A DNA stretch of 64,000 nt from an uncultured bacterium (GCA_947085505.1 CAMTWI010000004.1:65800-129799), one strand, 5' to 3'. Positions 1-10,040 are shown, counted from the stretch's first letter. The notes: generated by a model from the letters alone, not told the origin. Translations and numbers: made by a program.

Positions 1-2
1 GA

Positions 3-461
3 TTCAGCAAAGACAGTAAGCCAGGAGGCTTCTCACGTCCGAGTTTTGGCGGCGCATCGCGTCGCCCTCAGGCACGTGCGTTCGGCGAACAGACCGAGAC
101 GTTTAAGACGTCCTGCAGCAAATGCCATGCAGCGTGCGAGGTTCCTTTCCGCCCAAACGGAAAGAAGCCAGTCTTTTGCAAGAACTGCTTTGTTCGTGAC
201 GATGCACGCCCAACCGGCAACTCGTACGAGAAGCGCAGCTATAACAGCGAGCGCCCAGCACCCCAGCCAGTACAGCAGGAGGATCCTCGTATAGGTGCAA
301 TGCAGAAGGAACTCGGTATTATACACACGAAACTTGATTCGCTTATGAAAAGCCTCGAAGGTTCCGCATATGACTCAATCCTAACGGCGTCAAAAGAGCG
401 TGCAGAGAAGCCAAAGAAGGCAGCTCCAGCAAAGAAAGTAGCGAAGAAAAAGACAGCATAA
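3..461 (+). CDS. 5'-truncated CDS: CxxC-x17-CxxC zinc-ribbon protein with Lys/Ala-rich tail
   Basis: Frame 3 is open from the window edge to TAA 459-461. It is absent from the ORF track because it has no in-window start. The translation contains CSKC-HAACEVPFRPNGKKPVF-CKNC, i.e. CxxC, exactly 17 residues, then CxxC. I associate this family with CPR genomes. A terminator follows. Confidence 0.6.
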   Translation, partial: FSKDSKPGGFSRPSFGGASRRPQARAFGEQTETFKTSCSKCHAACEVPFRPNGKKPVFCKNCFVRDDARPTGNSYEKRSYNSERPAPQPVQQEDPRIGAMQKELGIIHTKLDSLMKSLEGSAYDSILTASKERAEKPKKAAPAKKVAKKKTA

Positions 462-470
462 GTAAAGAAA

Positions 471-502
471 CAACCAGAGCGGCAGCAACGCCGCTCTGGT
501 TG
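471..502 (+). terminator. intrinsic terminator-like hairpin
   Basis: CAACCAGAGCGG (471-482) pairs with CCGCTCTGGTTG (491-502) across an 8-nt loop, followed by TTCAATT. It lies 10 nt after the upstream stop. Confidence 0.6.
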
Positions 503-564
503 TTCAATTGCAATTTAAAAGAATTCTCATTGTCGTTACGTATACCGCGCGGTACTGTGCATTT

Positions 565-1809
565 ATGAAATCAGACGGAGCATACGATGTAATTGTCGTT
601 GGAGGAGGCGCAGCCGGCATGATGGCTGCGGGTGTCGCTGCATCAAACGGCAAGCGTGTCCTTCTTATTGAAAAGAACCGAAAGCTTGGCGAGAAGCTTT
701 CTATAACAGGCGGGGGACGCTGCAACATTGCTAACGCAGAAGAAGACGAGCGGAAACTTCTTTCTCATTTCGGTTCTGCAGCGAATTTTTTGCATTCTCC
801 GTTTTCGCAGTTCGGTGTTGCAGAGACCTTTAAATTCTTCGAATCAATCGGCGTCCCTACGGTTGTTGAGGCGAGAAATCGCGCGTTCCCCTGGTCTAAG
901 AGTGCGCCCGAGGTAACGGCTGCGATGTTCAAGTACGTAAAGGCTCAGGGAGTTGATATTAAGGTTGGTCTTCCAGTTGCGCGCGTGCAGGCAAGTAATG
1001 GAAAGATCAGCCATGTACTCATGGGTGGGAAGGAGTACACCGCTGATTCCTATATATTCGCCACAGGCGGCGTCTCGCATCCAGAGACCGGTTCAACAGG
1101 AGACGGATTCCGTTGGCTCACTGAACTTGGTCATTCGGTTGAGAACCCGACTCCAACGATTGTACCGCTTCGAGTTAAGGAAGCATGGGTTAAGTCCCTT
1201 GCCGGGATCACGATTAAGGACATGAAGATGACCGTCTTTGTGGACGGAACCAAAAAGCAGGTACTGAAAGGGGACGTGCTCCTCACGCACTTCGGCATTT
1301 CAGGACCCTTGATATTGAACGCAGCCGGAAAGATCGCTGACCTCATGCAAGAAGGAGAAGTAACGGCACATATTGATACCTATCCACTCAAAGATCTCGG
1401 CATACTTGATAAGCACATTGCGAGCGTATTCAACGAGCACAAGAACAAGGAGCTGCAGAATGTATTCCGTTCTATCGCGCCTGTAGGCACTAGTGATGCG
1501 CTCCTGTCGCTCGTTCCTAATATAGACCGAGACAAGCGCGTCCATAGCGTAACCAAGGAAGAGCGCCGAAGACTCGCTGAACTACTCAAGGCACTCTCGC
1601 TCACCATCACTGGTCTTATGGGACTTGATCGAGCTGTTGTTGCTGACGGCGGTGTCGCACTTACTGAAATTGATACGAAGACCATGCGGTCTAAGGTGTG
1701 TGAAAATCTTTTCGTTGTTGGCGATCTTCTAAATATTAAGCGGCCGACGGGCGGGTACTCGTTGCAGCTTTGCTGGACGACGGGGTATGTGGCGGGAAAG
1801 AATGCGTAG
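565..1809 (+). CDS. HI0933/BaiN-type FAD-dependent oxidoreductase
   Basis: ORF track gives 508-1809. The internal ATG at 565 places the Rossmann motif DVIVVGGGAAGMMAAG at the N-terminus. GGGRCN, FATGG, FGISGP and the C-terminal VGDLLN..TGGY motifs fit the HI0933-like flavoprotein family. Confidence 0.8.
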   Translation: MKSDGAYDVIVVGGGAAGMMAAGVAASNGKRVLLIEKNRKLGEKLSITGGGRCNIANAEEDERKLLSHFGSAANFLHSPFSQFGVAETFKFFESIGVPTVVEARNRAFPWSKSAPEVTAAMFKYVKAQGVDIKVGLPVARVQASNGKISHVLMGGKEYTADSYIFATGGVSHPETGSTGDGFRWLTELGHSVENPTPTIVPLRVKEAWVKSLAGITIKDMKMTVFVDGTKKQVLKGDVLLTHFGISGPLILNAAGKIADLMQEGEVTAHIDTYPLKDLGILDKHIASVFNEHKNKELQNVFRSIAPVGTSDALLSLVPNIDRDKRVHSVTKEERRRLAELLKALSLTITGLMGLDRAVVADGGVALTEIDTKTMRSKVCENLFVVGDLLNIKRPTGGYSLQLCWTTGYVAGKNA

Positions 1810-1832
1810 TTCGATCCTTGGTCTGCCAGCAA
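1808..1832 (+). repeat. copy A of tRNA-3'-half-like intergenic motif
   Basis: AGTTCGATCCTTGGTCTGCCAGCAA. The exact 10-mer GTCTGCCAGC is at 1821-1830. The motif starts inside the TAG stop (1807-1809) of the flavoprotein gene. Confidence 0.7.
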
Positions 1833-1849
1833 ACTGATATAGTCTGCAT

Positions 1850-2278
1850 ATGAAGAAAGGAGTGGATTACATCGGCGTGACGGTTAGTTTCTTTTGCCAC
1901 GATGGTAATGGTGAGTATGTCCTAACTAAGAGAAGTACTAATTGCCGGGACGAGCATGGCCGATGGGATTTCGGTGGAGGAAGTCTAGAGCTCCACGATA
2001 CGATTGAGAACACCCTTAAGAAGGAAATTGAAGAAGAACTATGCTCCGATGTTATTTCGTATGAGTTTCTTGGATATCATGATGTGCACCGCGAGAATGA
2101 AGGATTGAAGACACACTGGATATCTTTAGATTTCAAGGTACAGGTAGACCGATCTAAGGTTCAGAACGGGGAACCACACAAGTTTGATCAAATCGAATGG
2201 TTTACGCTTGATACTCTTCCGAGCCCTCTTCACTCACAAGCACCTATAGCACTCGAGCTTTATAGGGAGCAGCTATAG
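1850..2278 (+). CDS. NUDIX hydrolase
   Basis: Nudix box GGGSLELHDTIENTLKKEIEEELC (GX5EX7[K]EXXEE). TATAGT at 1838-1843 lies 6 nt upstream of the ATG. Confidence 0.8.
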   Translation: MKKGVDYIGVTVSFFCHDGNGEYVLTKRSTNCRDEHGRWDFGGGSLELHDTIENTLKKEIEEELCSDVISYEFLGYHDVHRENEGLKTHWISLDFKVQVDRSKVQNGEPHKFDQIEWFTLDTLPSPLHSQAPIALELYREQL

Positions 2279-2334
2279 TTGCCTCGCTAAATCGACTTAT
2301 CAATACGACACAAATAGTGTAGGATAGGAAGACT

Positions 2335-3822
2335 ATGGCACCGAATGCCCCCGTAAAGCCAAGCAATGGACCGCACGAAGCGGTCCTACGCTTTGAGGAC
2401 GTTTCGTTCAATTACGGGCATAACTACCCCATTGTCGACGAGGTGAACTTCTCGTTACGGAAGGGTATGAAAGTTACACTCATGGGCCAGAACGGAGCTG
2501 GGAAGTCGACTATCTTTAAGATGATAGAAGGAACGCTCAAGCCTGAGAGCGGAAAGATACAGATTCCTCGCGGTCTCACCATCGCGCTTTCGCATCAGAC
2601 AATCATGCCTGAAGACCGCGAGCTAACGATCCGTGAGTTCTTCGAGAAGCGTTTTGCAGAGAAAGTCTATGACATCGACCCAAAGATTGATGAGGTGCTT
2701 GAGGTAGTTAACCTCCATGCGCCGCACGACCGCATCATCAAGAGTTTCTCAGGGGGCCAGCAGGCACGACTCCTCTTGGCGTCCGCACTCATCCAGGATC
2801 CGGATATTCTTCTTCTTGACGAGCCGACGAACAATCTTGATACCTCGGGTATCGAGCATCTCACAAAATTCCTCTTATCGTACGAGAAGACCGTTGTGGT
2901 TATCTCCCATGATGCGGAGTTTCTTAACACGTTCTCAAACGGCGTTCTGTATCTCGACGTGCACACGAAGAAGATAGAGCAGTACGTGGGCAACTACTAC
3001 GACCTCCTCAAGGAGATTTCAGCGCGTATCGAGCGCGAGAACCGCAAGAACGCGCAGCTCGCAAAGAAGATCCAAGACAACAAGGACAAGGCGAACTTCT
3101 TTGCACAGAAGGGAGGCAAGATGCGCGTCGTTGCGAAGAAAATGCGTGACGAGATTGAAGAGATGGAGGAAGAAAAAGTGGACGTACGCAAGGAAGATAA
3201 GACCATCCGCCCATTCGTTATTCCAGTACAGGAAGATATTCTCGGCGAGATCCTCACTATCAGTTCCCTTTCTATAATTGATCCGAAGACCCACAAGCCG
3301 AAGGAGAAGTCGGCGAACGTGGTTATGAAAAAGAAGCAACACCTTCTCTTGAAGGGGCCAAACGGTATCGGCAAAACCACGCTCCTTGAGTCTATGGCCA
3401 ACGGAAACGCTAAGGGTGCCGCCATAACTCGGGGTATCAAGGTTGGGTATTATCGCCAGGATTTCTCAACACTTAACTTCGAGCACACCGTCCGCGAGTC
3501 GCTCCTCAGTGCGATGGATAAGCCAAATGAGGAACAGATGCGCAAAGTAGCTGCAGGCTTTATCATTACCGCCGATTCAATCGGAAAGAAGATCGGTGCT
3601 TTGTCTGAGGGACAGAAGGGTCTTGTTGCGTTCGCGCGCTTAGTGCTCATGCAGCCAGGACTCCTCATTCTTGACGAGCCAACGAACCATATCAACTTCC
3701 GTCATATCCCTGTTATTGCAAAAGCGCTTGATCAATACGAAGGCGCCATGGTGCTCGTCTCGCACGTACCTGACTTCGTCGAGCAGATTAGAATTGACGA
3801 GGTACTCGATCTCGCGAAATAA
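2335..3822 (+). CDS. ABC-F family ATPase (two tandem ABC domains, no TM domain)
   Basis: The first domain has Walker [10 protein letters not shown], signature FSGGQQ and Walker [13 protein letters not shown] charged linker follows. The second domain has [15 protein letters not shown] and [11 protein letters not shown]. Confidence 0.85.
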   Translation: MAPNAPVKPSNGPHEAVLRFEDVSFNYGHNYPIVDEVNFSLRKGMKVTLMGQNGAGKSTIFKMIEGTLKPESGKIQIPRGLTIALSHQTIMPEDRELTIREFFEKRFAEKVYDIDPKIDEVLEVVNLHAPHDRIIKSFSGGQQARLLLASALIQDPDILLLDEPTNNLDTSGIEHLTKFLLSYEKTVVVISHDAEFLNTFSNGVLYLDVHTKKIEQYVGNYYDLLKEISARIERENRKNAQLAKKIQDNKDKANFFAQKGGKMRVVAKKMRDEIEEMEEEKVDVRKEDKTIRPFVIPVQEDILGEILTISSLSIIDPKTHKPKEKSANVVMKKKQHLLLKGPNGIGKTTLLESMANGNAKGAAITRGIKVGYYRQDFSTLNFEHTVRESLLSAMDKPNEEQMRKVAAGFIITADSIGKKIGALSEGQKGLVAFARLVLMQPGLLILDEPTNHINFRHIPVIAKALDQYEGAMVLVSHVPDFVEQIRIDEVLDLAK

Positions 3823-3824
3823 AC

Positions 3825-4076
3825 ATGAAAGACGCCTGGCACATCTACATCCTCCGATGTGCCGATGGAACGCTCTATACGGGCGTTACGACCGATCTTA
3901 CGCGCCGGGTGAGTGAGCATAACGAATCCTTAAAGGGTGCGAAGTACACCCGAGTTCGCAGACCCGTGTCGCTCGTATATAGCGAAGCGTTTGAAAGCAG
4001 GAGTGCTGCATGTATGAGGGAGGCAGCGATCAAAAAGCTATCGCGAGACGAAAAATCAAAGCTTGTAGAGGGATAG
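3825..4076 (+). CDS. GIY-YIG nuclease superfamily small protein
   Basis: [29 protein letters not shown] matches the GIY..YIG/R/E/N pattern of stand-alone GIY-YIG (UPF0213-like) proteins. Confidence 0.75.
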   Translation: MKDAWHIYILRCADGTLYTGVTTDLTRRVSEHNESLKGAKYTRVRRPVSLVYSEAFESRSAACMREAAIKKLSRDEKSKLVEG

Positions 4077-4143
4077 TGCGAATCCCCACTTGCACGTCTC
4101 ACAAAGGGGCTACAATATCTAGGTTACCCATTTACGTATTCCT

Positions 4144-4569
4144 ATGCAGAAATTTATGACGTGCTCGTACATGGACGGCTGGCGCAATTACGCTCCAACC
4201 GTACTACGTCTCGCAACTGGTGTTATCTTCGCGCTTCATGGGCTCCAGAAGCTTGAGGGAGGTCTTCCTGCTACCGCTGGCTTCGTGGGAAGTCTCGGCT
4301 TCCCAATGCCTGAGTTCTTTGCGGTTCTCTTAATCGCGGCTGAGCTTGGTGGCGGTATCCTCCTCATTCTCGGACTCCTTACACGTTGGGCGGCAAAGGC
4401 GCTCGTGGTGGTGTCGCTTGCCGCGCTATTCCTTGTTCACCTTCAAAACGGCTTCTTTTTGGCTACGGGCGGATACGAGTTCATCTTGCTCCTCCTTGCG
4501 GCAAGCGTGTCGCTTATGCTCACGGGCGGAGGCAAGTGGTCTTTGGATCACATGCTCTGGAAGCGGTAA
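4144..4569 (+). CDS. DoxX family membrane protein
   Basis: Four predicted TM helices. RLATGVIFALHGLQKL and AAELGGGILLILGLLTR are typical of DoxX. Confidence 0.7.
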   Translation: MQKFMTCSYMDGWRNYAPTVLRLATGVIFALHGLQKLEGGLPATAGFVGSLGFPMPEFFAVLLIAAELGGGILLILGLLTRWAAKALVVVSLAALFLVHLQNGFFLATGGYEFILLLLAASVSLMLTGGGKWSLDHMLWKR

Positions 4570-4585
4570 ACACTATCCACGTATC

Positions 4586-4614
4586 CAAAAAAGGACCCAA
4601 GGGGTCCTTTTTTG
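4586..4614. terminator. bidirectional intrinsic terminator
   Basis: AAAAAAGGACCC-AAG-GGGTCCTTTTTT: a GC-rich stem flanked by an A-run and a T-run. Confidence 0.75.
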
Positions 4615-4633
4615 TTCGCTATACTAAAAGTAT

Positions 4634-5023
4634 ATGGAAACAACAGTATATCTCGCACAGCTGTTCGGACTCTTCCTTATCATTGTCGGTGCCTCGGTGC
4701 TATTCCGTAGGCAGGACTTCGTGCCGATTATTGGCGCATTCGTTGAAGAGCGTCTTACACGTATGCTCATGGGTCTACTCGAGCTAACCGCTGGTCTCAG
4801 TATTGTCCTTGCGCACAACGATTGGAGTTCCTTTGCAGCTGGCACCATAACGACAATTGGTTACCTACTTGTTATCGAAGGAACAATGTATCTTCTCCTG
4901 CCGAATAAGGCCATAGGCTGGGTGGTCCGGACCTTCAACGTGAAGGCGTGGTATTACACGGGTGGTTCGCTCTCGATTCTGCTCGGTGCGTACCTCTGTT
5001 TCTTTGGTTTCGGACTCTTATAG
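4634..5023 (+). CDS. hypothetical integral membrane protein (4 TM)
   Basis: Hydrophobic throughout; I recognise no motif. TATACT at 4620-4625 lies 8 nt upstream of the ATG. Confidence 0.6.
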   Translation: METTVYLAQLFGLFLIIVGASVLFRRQDFVPIIGAFVEERLTRMLMGLLELTAGLSIVLAHNDWSSFAAGTITTIGYLLVIEGTMYLLLPNKAIGWVVRTFNVKAWYYTGGSLSILLGAYLCFFGFGLL

Positions 5024-5025
5024 TA

Positions 5026-5337
5026 ATGGGTACCGCACTTACTGAAACTATTTATACGTTTGCACGTAAGATTCCGAAAGGAAAAGTAGCCACGTACGGT
5101 CAACTTGCGCAGCTTGCAGGGAGACCCGGTGCTGCTCGTGCGGTAGGAAGCGCAATGCGCTGTAACCCTGACATACCAAAAACACCGTGTCATCGTGTCG
5201 TTGCGTCAGACGGCTCTCTAACCGGCTATAGTGCAGGGCAAGGTATCAGCACGAAGCGAACGATGCTCCTGGATGAAGGAGTCACCTTCAAGGGAACGAA
5301 GGTGGATTTGAAAGTCTCGTTATGGAAGGGAATCTAG
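5026..5337 (+). CDS. MGMT-family protein (single C-terminal DNA-binding/alkyl-acceptor domain)
   Basis: ORF track gives 4948-5337. The ATG at 5026 removes the overlap with the upstream gene. The sequence has GKVATYGQLA, the active-site PCHRVV and the tail GxL.GY..G. It is only about 103 aa, with no N-terminal domain. Confidence 0.8.
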   Translation: MGTALTETIYTFARKIPKGKVATYGQLAQLAGRPGAARAVGSAMRCNPDIPKTPCHRVVASDGSLTGYSAGQGISTKRTMLLDEGVTFKGTKVDLKVSLWKGI

Positions 5338-6089
5338 GCGAGTCCTAAATCAGCAAGGAACTTTGCAAGTTCCTTGCCCTCGATAACACGGTATCCACCA
5401 ATCTTTGTTGCTCCAAGCTTAATACCCATGATGCTCGTGCGCTGAAGCGACTTCACCTCATTGAAGAGCGCTACAACCATACGACGAATCTGGTGTGTCT
5501 TCCCTTCGGTGAGCGTGATGCGAAAGCGATCGTCCCCAAGGATTTCGACCTTCGTAGGCTTCGTCTCGTATCCTTCAATATTTACGCCCGCTTCCATCTT
5601 CTCCTTGAATGAGGAGCGAAGTGGTTGCTTCGTGCGTACGTCGTACGTTTTCTCGTGTGCGTACTTGGGATTCAAAAGCCTATCGGTTACCCGTCCGTCG
5701 TTTGTAAGAATCAGGAGACCGCTTGAGGCCTTGTCGAGTCTCCCGACAGGGAACAAGGAAAGACGCTTAAGATCGCTAGGCAGCGTATCGAGCACGTTCT
5801 CGGTATCGGTTGCTTCGCGGTGCGTGTCCATACCTGCCGGCTTATTGAATGCGATATAGGCGTACGCCTTTGGGCGCGCCTGTCCGCGCACTTCAACCAC
5901 ATCAGTCTCCTTCACCTTGTCGCCGAGTGCCGCGAGAGAGCCGTTTATATAGACTTTCTTCTTTTCAACGAGCACGTCAGCGTCGCGCCGTGTGGCGAAG
6001 CCTTTCATGGCAAGGTACTTGTTCACTCGCATCGGGAATACGTTCTCGCTAGGTACTTCGGTGACTGGCTTCTGTACGGGCCTTTTCAT
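5334..6089 (-). CDS. RsuA/RluB-family pseudouridine synthase (S4 domain + catalytic domain)
   Basis: S4-like RVNKYLAMKGFATRRDADVLV and the catalytic GRLDKASSGLLILTNDG. ORF track extends to 6134; I prefer the ATG at 6089 (MKRPVQ), which avoids a 5' overlap with the divergent gene at 6133. Confidence 0.8.
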   Translation of the reverse strand: MKRPVQKPVTEVPSENVFPMRVNKYLAMKGFATRRDADVLVEKKKVYINGSLAALGDKVKETDVVEVRGQARPKAYAYIAFNKPAGMDTHREATDTENVLDTLPSDLKRLSLFPVGRLDKASSGLLILTNDGRVTDRLLNPKYAHEKTYDVRTKQPLRSSFKEKMEAGVNIEGYETKPTKVEILGDDRFRITLTEGKTHQIRRMVVALFNEVKSLQRTSIMGIKLGATKIGGYRVIEGKELAKFLADLGLA

Positions 6090-6132
6090 ATACGTACAGT
6101 AGCGCGTTCGGCGTGATTGGTATACTTCTTGC

Positions 6133-6360
6133 ATGGAAACAGTTACTCCAGGAATCTACTACCACTTCAAGCATCCAGATCAGCATTACAAGGTACTCGG
6201 TATCGCGTTCCATACCGAAACCGAGGAAGATGTGGTGGTGTACAAGCCACTCTATGAGACTGATAAGAAACTCTTTGTGCGCCCCCTGTCTATGTTTGTT
6301 GAGAGTGTCGACAAGCCGGAACTTGGCTACTGGGGTCCTCGATTCGTTCGAATATCGTAA
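6133..6360 (+). CDS. DUF1653-like small protein
   Basis: YYHFKHPDQHYKVLGIAFHTETEEDVVVYKPLY resembles the DUF1653 core as I recall it. Confidence 0.55.
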   Translation: METVTPGIYYHFKHPDQHYKVLGIAFHTETEEDVVVYKPLYETDKKLFVRPLSMFVESVDKPELGYWGPRFVRIS

Positions 6361-6405
6361 ATCCTATACACAGCTACACTTGCGCTTCACTATAAGCGGG
6401 CTACC

Positions 6406-6699
6406 ATGGGCGAACGGATGGATGACTTTCTCAAGATGGATATCTTCTTCGGCGTGACAACAGTCGCGGTCCTTGTTATATCCGTGCTCTTGGTGATGGT
6501 GCTCATCCGGCTCCTCAGAATTCTGAAAACGGTAGACGAAGTATCAGAGATCGTTCAGGAGGAAGCTGCGGAGATCCGGGACGACATCCGGGAGGTACGT
6601 ACTCAGGTGAAGCGAGAGGCGGTGAAGGCAGGGCAATTGCTCGGACTCTTTGCTGGATTTGTGAAGCCAAAGGCACGTCGTAAGAAGTCATCATCATAA
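6406..6699 (+). CDS. small membrane-anchored coiled-coil protein
   Basis: One TM helix (FFGVTTVAVLVISVLLVMVLI) followed by a charged helix. Confidence 0.5.
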   Translation: MGERMDDFLKMDIFFGVTTVAVLVISVLLVMVLIRLLRILKTVDEVSEIVQEEAAEIRDDIREVRTQVKREAVKAGQLLGLFAGFVKPKARRKKSSS

Positions 6700-6720
6700 T
6701 CATTTTGTAATTCAAGATCT

Positions 6721-7179
6721 ATGGCAACTAAGAAGACAGCGAAGAAAGTGAAGGGAGGAAAGAAGATGTCTAATCTCCAGAAGGCGGAGATTGGTGCAGG
6801 CATGCTTGCGGCAGTTGCTGCTGCTGGTGCCGCAACCTACTACTTCTATGGCGCAAAAGATGCAAAGAAGCACCGGAACGCAACAGCAAAGTGGGCAAAG
6901 GGTCTTAAGAACGACGTTGTCCGTGAGGCAAAGAAGCTTAAGGAGCTTGATGAGAAGGCAATGGCTGTCATCGTTGATCAGGCTGCAAAGGCATACAAGG
7001 GTCTCGATGATGTTACCCCTGGCGACCTCCGAGCTGCAGTGAATGAGCTCAAGGGCAACTGGGAGAGCGTTAAGAAGGAGTTGAAGCGCACAGTTAAGAA
7101 GACCACAAAGAAAGCAGCTCCAAAGAAGGTGGTTAAGAAAGCCGTTAAGAAGGCAGCGAAGAAGAAGTCTTCTCGCTAA
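6721..7179 (+). CDS. Lys-rich membrane-anchored protein (YtxH-like?)
   Basis: Gly/Ala TM segment GAGMLAAVAAAGAATYYFYG followed by helical KK-rich regions. The YtxH resemblance is weak. Confidence 0.45.
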   Translation: MATKKTAKKVKGGKKMSNLQKAEIGAGMLAAVAAAGAATYYFYGAKDAKKHRNATAKWAKGLKNDVVREAKKLKELDEKAMAVIVDQAAKAYKGLDDVTPGDLRAAVNELKGNWESVKKELKRTVKKTTKKAAPKKVVKKAVKKAAKKKSSR

Positions 7180-7195
7180 GCGAGACGAAAGAAAA

Positions 7196-7224
7196 GCCTC
7201 GTGACCAGAAGTCACGGGGCTTTT
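7196..7224 (+). terminator. intrinsic terminator
   Basis: GCCTCGTGAC-CAGAA-GTCACGGGGC followed by TTTTCTC. Confidence 0.75.
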
Positions 7225-7383
7225 CTCTATCCCCATGAAGACTTCATGTGCCCCTCATCATGCATCTATTAGAGTGGCCCAATGCCTATCTCTATGCGAG
7301 TATTGGAAGACCGCCGTAGGACCTCTCCTCGCATAGCCCCCAAAACCCTTGCTAAGAGTGGTCTCGGCGGTACGTCATATCTT

Positions 7384-7887
7384 ATGGACCAGGAAGAAAC
7401 AAAAGCATACTTCCTCCAGATATACGATACCTATGCGGACGATATCTACCGTTTTTGCTACCTCAAGGTTAGCAATCGGGAGCTCGCCCAGGATCTGTCT
7501 CAGGAGGTTTTCACCCGCTTCTGGCAAGCCCTGCGGGAAGGTACTGTCATGCGAAGTGAGCGAGCGCTCCTTTATACGATGGCACGGAACCTTGTTATCG
7601 ACTGGTACCGCAAGAAGAAGGAAACCTCGCTCGATGTATTAACTGAGCAAGGGCTTGAGTTTGGCGGAGACACCGCAGAGGACGTGACGCGCGAAGCCGA
7701 AATGAGTGAAGCGCTTCGGATGGTGAATGAGCTCGATGAAGCATCGCGTGAGGTACTTATTCTTCGATTTGTAGACGGCCTCTCGCCAAAGGAGATTGCT
7801 CTTCTTTCAGGAGAATCAGCAAATGCCATTTCTGTGCGCTTGAATCGGGCCATGAAGAAGATGCGCACTCGTATGCATACCGATTGA
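7384..7887 (+). CDS. ECF-type sigma-70 family RNA polymerase sigma factor
   Basis: Region 2 (DIYRFCYLKV..AQDLSQEVFTRFW) and region 4 HTH (LSPKEIALLSGESANAISVRLNRAMKKM). ORF track starts at 7282; the ATG at 7384 gives the usual ~167 aa length. Confidence 0.8.
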   Translation: MDQEETKAYFLQIYDTYADDIYRFCYLKVSNRELAQDLSQEVFTRFWQALREGTVMRSERALLYTMARNLVIDWYRKKKETSLDVLTEQGLEFGGDTAEDVTREAEMSEALRMVNELDEASREVLILRFVDGLSPKEIALLSGESANAISVRLNRAMKKMRTRMHTD

Positions 7888-7897
7888 TTTTGAAACC

Positions 7898-8875
7898 ATG
7901 ACCAAACGAACCCCTATTACCATACTAAAGTCGCTGAGGAATCTTACCCTCTCAGTCGACGCCAAAAAGCGCATGCGCGCTGATATTTCTGCATACGCTG
8001 ATCTCCATACACTCACGGATTCCGTGCAGCGTCTTCCGGTGCGCTCCCCATTCTCGTTCGTGTCGTTCATGATCCCTGCGCGTAGTCTCTATGCTGGTGC
8101 GCTCGTGCTTGTCCTTATGGTAGCCGGAGGCACTCAGGCAAGTCTCGCGTCCGTGGGTTCAATCCCGGGAGATATTCTGTATCCCATCAAGGTTGCAGTA
8201 AGTGAACCACTTGCGTTTGTGCTTACACCGTCAACAAAAGGTAAGGCAACCCTCGCTGCGGAGTTTGCATCGCGTAGAGTGGATGAAGCTGCTGCGCTTT
8301 CATCCGTCGGCAAACTTGATGAAGCTACAGCAGAAAATCTTGCAATACGATTTGACGCACATGTCGACGTACTCGCGAAGGAAACGGACACGCTTGAGGC
8401 GAAGGGTGAGATTGCGACATCACTCGCAGTTCGAACCGACCTTGAGCAAAAGCTTGCTGCGCGCGTTGAGGAATTTGCGGTTAGCGCAGCTCCAGAAGAA
8501 AGCGCACGCTTGGCTGCTTCAATTGCATTCGAGGAATCTACCACTGATCGATTTACGGCTCGAGTGTCTGAAAAATCAAAGACACTAGCAACAACTCGCG
8601 AACGGCTTGAGACTGCACTTGCACTTGATGTTCAGGCAGAACTTAAGGAGGGTGTTAGTCTTGCGGCTATCCGCTCGAATGAAGTTTCGCAGGGAGATGT
8701 GAAGTCGACCGGACTCTTCTTCGCTAAGGTTGGCTCTGGCGACATGACTAACCTTGTCGCAACAACTACTGCAACCACAACCAAAAGCGCAACAACGACA
8801 GATGAAAATCTCCTTAAGGTGGAATCGACTGATTCTGCAGCGTCACGCTTCTTCGCACCGTTTTTAAAGCGCTAG
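7898..8875 (+). CDS. membrane protein, putative anti-sigma/DUF5667-like
   Basis: Lies directly downstream of the ECF sigma gene. It has one TM helix (LYAGALVLVLMVAGG), then PGDILYPIKVAVSE and long Ala/Glu helices. The DUF5667 assignment is from memory. Confidence 0.45.
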   Translation: MTKRTPITILKSLRNLTLSVDAKKRMRADISAYADLHTLTDSVQRLPVRSPFSFVSFMIPARSLYAGALVLVLMVAGGTQASLASVGSIPGDILYPIKVAVSEPLAFVLTPSTKGKATLAAEFASRRVDEAAALSSVGKLDEATAENLAIRFDAHVDVLAKETDTLEAKGEIATSLAVRTDLEQKLAARVEEFAVSAAPEESARLAASIAFEESTTDRFTARVSEKSKTLATTRERLETALALDVQAELKEGVSLAAIRSNEVSQGDVKSTGLFFAKVGSGDMTNLVATTTATTTKSATTTDENLLKVESTDSAASRFFAPFLKR

Positions 8876-8915
8876 GTTCATCTTACCGATAGGTGCTTTT
8901 CTGTAGGCTGTACGC

Positions 8916-9338
8916 ATGGGAACTATTTTTAAAGTTGTCGCCTTACTCATTGTTGTGGGAGGTATATGGGTATGGGCAAGTGGAAAATCCATAACAACAG
9001 ATGTTCAAACTCGAACGGAACCCGTACGGCTTTCTGCGTCTGCAATACTTGCCACTGAGCAAGAAGGACACTTTGACAAAGAAGGAACTATTATTTTTGA
9101 CGAGACAGAGGGGCAAGGTGGAACGCCATATATTCTATATACGGATTATAACGAGCAAGGAAAGCCGTCGGTACGAACGAAGCGACTGGTGTTTGCAAGC
9201 CGTGACGCATGTGCTGAAGTAAATCTTCCGTGCGCAACAAATCAACCCGGGGTGCCCGTTCAAGCAGATCAGAGTGTCCGTATCGTTGGAATCGTTAAGA
9301 ACGAGCTCGTGCAGGTTAGTGAGGTCTATGTCATATAG
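8916..9338 (+). CDS. hypothetical signal-anchored protein
   Basis: N-terminal TM helix FKVVALLIVVGGIWVWA; no recognised motif. Confidence 0.5.
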   Translation: MGTIFKVVALLIVVGGIWVWASGKSITTDVQTRTEPVRLSASAILATEQEGHFDKEGTIIFDETEGQGGTPYILYTDYNEQGKPSVRTKRLVFASRDACAEVNLPCATNQPGVPVQADQSVRIVGIVKNELVQVSEVYVI

Positions 9339-9362
9339 GCATCTACGCCGTATACTCCTTCT

Positions 9363-10040
9363 ATGAATCGTCTCATCTTTATTCTTTTTCTCGTCGGTAT
9401 CCTCGCAATCGGTGGCGGAGCAGCGTGGTACCTCGTTAATACACGAAACGAGGCATTTGGACCGCCTATCGTTGCAACAAGCACGCCTCAGGTAGAGGAG
9501 GGTCTCGCTATCTACTCGAATGGTCCCTATGGATTCACCATCTTCTATCCGCAGGATGCAGAGGTTTTGTATACGTTTGATGCGAATTACGGCCTCTCTA
9601 GAAACTGGCGCGTGAACGCACTCCCGAATACTGAGGGTGCGCCCATCGTGTCTATAACTCCGTACCATACTGAAAGCGAGGATTCATACCCGCGCTACTT
9701 TAGCGTCATGGTACGAATTGGGGCATCAGCAGATCCGGCTGAAGTTAAACGCTGCGAAGTTGCTTCCTCATGGCAAGGAGAAACGGTACTGCCAGATGCG
9801 ATTATTGGGAACACACCATGGAAAGTCTTTGCGTTTGAGAGTGCGGGCATGATGCAGTATGTAAAGGGCGTATCCTACCGAACGATTCACGAAGGACGCT
9901 GCATTGCGCTTGAGAAGATACGAACCGGATCTAGCTACCGTGAGGCTGTATCAAGCGAGAAGGATATCTCTGAAGAGGTCCTCTTAAAAGAGTACGAGGC
10001 GCTTTCAAGTATCGTGGAGAGTTTCTCCTTTGCGCGCTAA
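9363..10040 (+). CDS. hypothetical signal-anchored protein
   Basis: N-terminal TM helix LIFILFLVGILAIGGGAAWYL. TATACT at 9351-9356 lies 6 nt upstream of the ATG. Confidence 0.5.
   Translation: MNRLIFILFLVGILAIGGGAAWYLVNTRNEAFGPPIVATSTPQVEEGLAIYSNGPYGFTIFYPQDAEVLYTFDANYGLSRNWRVNALPNTEGAPIVSITPYHTESEDSYPRYFSVMVRIGASADPAEVKRCEVASSWQGETVLPDAIIGNTPWKVFAFESAGMMQYVKGVSYRTIHEGRCIALEKIRTGSSYREAVSSEKDISEEVLLKEYEALSSIVESFSFAR

Noticed and set aside
4074-4100. Degenerate motif-like strings after stop codons: TAGTGCGAATCCCCAC at 4074, and also TAGGTTCATCTTACC at 8873
   Set aside because: They share only the T-loop-like half and lack GTCTGCCAGC. They are too weak to count as copies without a statistical model.
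5334-5337. Convergent MGMT-family and pseudouridine synthase genes overlapping by the palindrome CTAG, so both use TAG stops from the same 4 nt
   Set aside because: This is a real but trivial consequence of the compact genome and the frequent TAG stops. No terminator or further structure is present.
7292-7336. 9-bp-stem hairpin upstream of the ECF sigma gene as a riboswitch or attenuator
   Set aside because: It has a single stem with a 27-nt unstructured loop, no recognisable conserved riboswitch core and no T-tract. I keep it only as a note within the sigma-cluster finding.
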